Under the pieces are notes generated by a model. That model ran no database searches, had not been told where the DNA came from, and saw only the letters and a program-made list of their open reading frames with translations. Both the position numbers and the translations under genes were made by a program. From positions 652,708-716,707 of the forward strand of contig CAWFGO010000002.1 in NCBI GenBank assembly GCA_963815455.1: a stretch of DNA of 64,000 bases, given 5' to 3'. Below are positions 61,425-64,000 of the stretch, piece by piece; position 1 is the first letter of the stretch; each line of letters begins with the position of its first letter. The stretch is from an uncultured Verrucomicrobiae bacterium (GTDB lineage Bacteria; Verrucomicrobiota; Verrucomicrobiia; Chthoniobacterales; UBA10450).

Positions 61425-62196
61425 CTTGGCTGCCTTCCAGAATGGGACCTTCGGTGCTGCCGCTCAAGAACTGAGCGACGACCGGGTTTTGCGATTGTTT
61501 GAATTTCTCGGGCTCGGCATCTTCAATGATTTTTCCCTGGTATAACATAGCCATTCGCGTGCCGATGCGAAAGGCGCTGCCCATGTCGTGGGTCACTATA
61601 ATCGAAGTCACTTTCGATTTCTCGGTGAGACTGATTATTAATTCGTCGATGACCGCGGTGATCACGGGGTCGAGCCCGGCGGATGGTTCGTCGAACAGGA
61701 TCAGCTCCGGCTCGAGAACGAGAGCGCGGGCCAGGCTCACGCGTTTCCGCATACCGCCGCTTAACTCCGAGGGCATTTGTTCTCGCGCTTCCAGCATGCC
61801 GACGAGCTCGAGTTTGTGATCGACAATTTCATCAATTTCTTTGCGCGATTTATCGGTCAATTCCTCGAGCGGTAAAGCGACGTTTTCCCGCACGTTGCGC
61901 GAGCTCAATAGCGCGGAGTATTGATAAACCATTCCGATGTTCTGACGGACCTGTTGCAACTTTCGCCGGCGCAGCCGGGTGACTTCGAATTGTTTAAAGA
62001 ACACCGAGCCTGCGTCGGGTTGAAGAATTCCCAGAATAAGCCGCAGAATGGTGCTTTTGCCGCTGCCGCTTTGGCCCATTACGACCAGCCGATCGCATGA
62101 GTTCACATCGAGCGACATGTCGTCGAGCACTTTCTTTTCCTCGAACTGCTTGGTCACATCGCGCAGCTCAACCACGTGGGAATTGGTCGCGTTCAC
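61405..62196 (-). CDS. mlaF: ABC transporter ATP-binding protein, MlaF/Mkl family
   Basis: GQSGSGKS, PSELSGGMRKRV, LFDEPSAGLDP, VTHD. Confidence 0.92.
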   Translation of the reverse strand: MNATNSHVVELRDVTKQFEEKKVLDDMSLDVNSCDRLVVMGQSGSGKSTILRLILGILQPDAGSVFFKQFEVTRLRRRKLQQVRQNIGMVYQYSALLSSRNVRENVALPLEELTDKSRKEIDEIVDHKLELVGMLEAREQMPSELSGGMRKRVSLARALVLEPELILFDEPSAGLDPVITAVIDELIISLTEKSKVTSIIVTHDMGSAFRIGTRMAMLYQGKIIEDAEPEKFKQSQNPVVAQFLSGSTEGPILEGSQDAITTK

Positions 62197-63050
62197 AATG
62201 GGAAGAAGACGATGTAAACAATGTTATAGAGCGTATCGAAACCGATCACCGTGGTGATGGCGGTAACCACGCTCGATGTAGTCGCCGTGCCGACACCGGC
62301 GGCACCGCCTTTCACGGTTAGCCCCCGGTAACACGCAATTCCAGCGATCAAGAAACCGAAAATGAAGCTCTTGAGGATGCCGGTGATGATATCGCGAATG
62401 AGCAATGCATCGGTCACCAGATCGATAAAATAAGGGAAAGCCATGCTAAAGTAAGCCCGACAAACCAGACTGCTGCCGGCAATCGCGGCCACGTTCGCCA
62501 CCGTGGAAAGACACGGCATCAGGAGAAACAGCGCCAGCATACGAGGCGCAACCAAAAATCGCAGCGGACCGATTCCCATTGCTTCGATCGCTTCCACTTC
62601 CTCGGATACCTGCATTGTGCCCAGCTCGGCCGTGAAAGCCGCGCCGATCCGGGCCGCCAGCATGATTCCCGTGATCAATGGGCCGAGCTCGCGGGTAAAC
62701 GCGATTGAAACCAGGCCAGGAACCAGCCGCTCCGTGCCAAAACGCTGCAATTGATAGCCGGTGAGCAGGGCCATGGTCAGGCCAAGCAAAAATGAAACCA
62801 GGCCCACCAACGGGACCGAATCGACCCCGGCCCGTTCGGTATGCCGGAAAAAACTGGACGCGCGAAATGGGACGCGGCCGTTGCGAATACGCTCGAACGT
62901 TTCGGCAAGCGTCTGAATGACGAACCAAAAGATGCTCCCAACTTCTATGAAAAAGTTGTCGCCAAACCGGCCAAATTCGCGGACAAAAACAAGCGGATTC
63001 GCCGAGAGCGCGTTCTCGGATTCGGATTTGTCATTGTCGATGCCGGGCAT
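62193..63050 (-). CDS. mlaE: ABC transporter permease, MlaE family
   Basis: RELGP, AELGTMQVSEEVEA, VGTATTSSVV. Confidence 0.93.
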   Translation of the reverse strand: MPGIDNDKSESENALSANPLVFVREFGRFGDNFFIEVGSIFWFVIQTLAETFERIRNGRVPFRASSFFRHTERAGVDSVPLVGLVSFLLGLTMALLTGYQLQRFGTERLVPGLVSIAFTRELGPLITGIMLAARIGAAFTAELGTMQVSEEVEAIEAMGIGPLRFLVAPRMLALFLLMPCLSTVANVAAIAGSSLVCRAYFSMAFPYFIDLVTDALLIRDIITGILKSFIFGFLIAGIACYRGLTVKGGAAGVGTATTSSVVTAITTVIGFDTLYNIVYIVFFPL

Positions 63051-63164
63051 GTTCAGGGGAAGGTGGCCCAGTAATCAGGCTGGAAAAGCAGAAAATTGAA
63101 TGCTCGACGCTCCTTTCACGAAAGCTTTCGACACGGCCGACCGGGCAAGGTTAGATTCGCGTCC

Positions 63165-64000
63165 ATGAATTCCGCGATGGCGCTCGTGGCGATGGCAGCA
63201 CTGGCGCTGGCCTCCGCGCAGAAAGCGCCGGGGAAAAACCGGAGGCGCCGGAGAAAAACATGAAATTGGATAAGGCAAAATTCGGCATAGCCGTCCACGG
63301 CGGGGCGGGGACGATCGACCGGACCAAAATGACGCCCGAACGCGAGCGCGAATATCAGCGGGGCTCGAGCGAGCGCTCACTGCCGGTTACGAAATTCTTA
63401 AGCGTGGCGGATCGAGCCTTGACGCAACCGAAGCCGCCGTCCGCGTTCTCGAAGACGATCCCCATTTCAACGCCGCGCGCGGCTCGGTGTTTACGAATGC
63501 GGGGACGAATGAAATGGACGCGGCAATCATGGACGGCAAGAGTTTAAAAGCCGGCGCGGTAGCGAACTTGCGCCATATCAAAAGTCCAATCAGTCTCGCC
63601 CGCTTGCTCATGGACAAGGCGAAACATGCATCAAAGTCTCCGCGGGTCGGTCCGGTTTTGATGGCTGGAGAAGGCGCGGAAGTGTTCGCGAAACAGAACG
63701 GTGTCGAGCTTCTGCCCGATCAAAAATATTTTTACACTGAAGAACGCTGGCAGGCATTACAGAAGATCAAGACCGCCGAGGAGAGCGGCGCGGCGGGCAA
63801 GAGTTATATTATCACAGATGAAGATCGACACGGAACGGTCGGCGCGGTGGCGCTGGATAAAGACGGCGATCTTGCCACAGCGACTTCCACCGGCGGCACC
63901 ACTAACAAAAGAGCGGGCCGCATCGGCGATTCACCTGTGATCGGCGCCGGGACGTACACGAACAATGTGGCTTGCGCCGTCTCGGCGACCGGCGACGGCG
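63165..64000 (+). CDS. iaaA: Isoaspartyl peptidase/L-asparaginase (Ntn hydrolase); frameshifted, runs off the window
   Basis: IAVHGGAG, LEDDPHFNA, EMDAAIMDG, GTVGAVALD, ATSTGG, GRIGDSP. Confidence 0.9.

Overview
GC-rich bacterial chromosome segment. The gene set and the C-terminal dockerin-like module suggest Verrucomicrobiota (Chthoniobacterales, Ca. Udaeobacter-like); this is inference. Many conserved genes carry single-base frameshifts, which looks like uncorrected long-read error. The backbone has ileS-lspA, cca, a glgA-like gene, gcvP, ilvA, a hybrid histidine kinase, a ~30 kb Wzx/Wzy exopolysaccharide cluster, ppdK, mlaEFD and iaaA. Accessory elements are an orphan Rhs toxin/immunity pair, a convergent type II R-M pair, a RAYT transposase flanked by REP doublets, and an integron (internally deleted intI, five attC sites). 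The most striking element is an IS110-family (IS1111-type) insertion sitting in the fifth attC between duplicated CT cores. Its ~350 bp non-coding region can fold into two internal-loop hairpins whose loop strands match the target site and the element's own ends. This is the layout of a bridge/seek RNA aimed at an integron attC site, including handshake-like post-exchange bases. A second theme is palindromic REP-type elements and heptamer repeats inserted in frame inside coding genes: four in ileS, a nested pair in a glycosyltransferase, and two tracts in gcvP.
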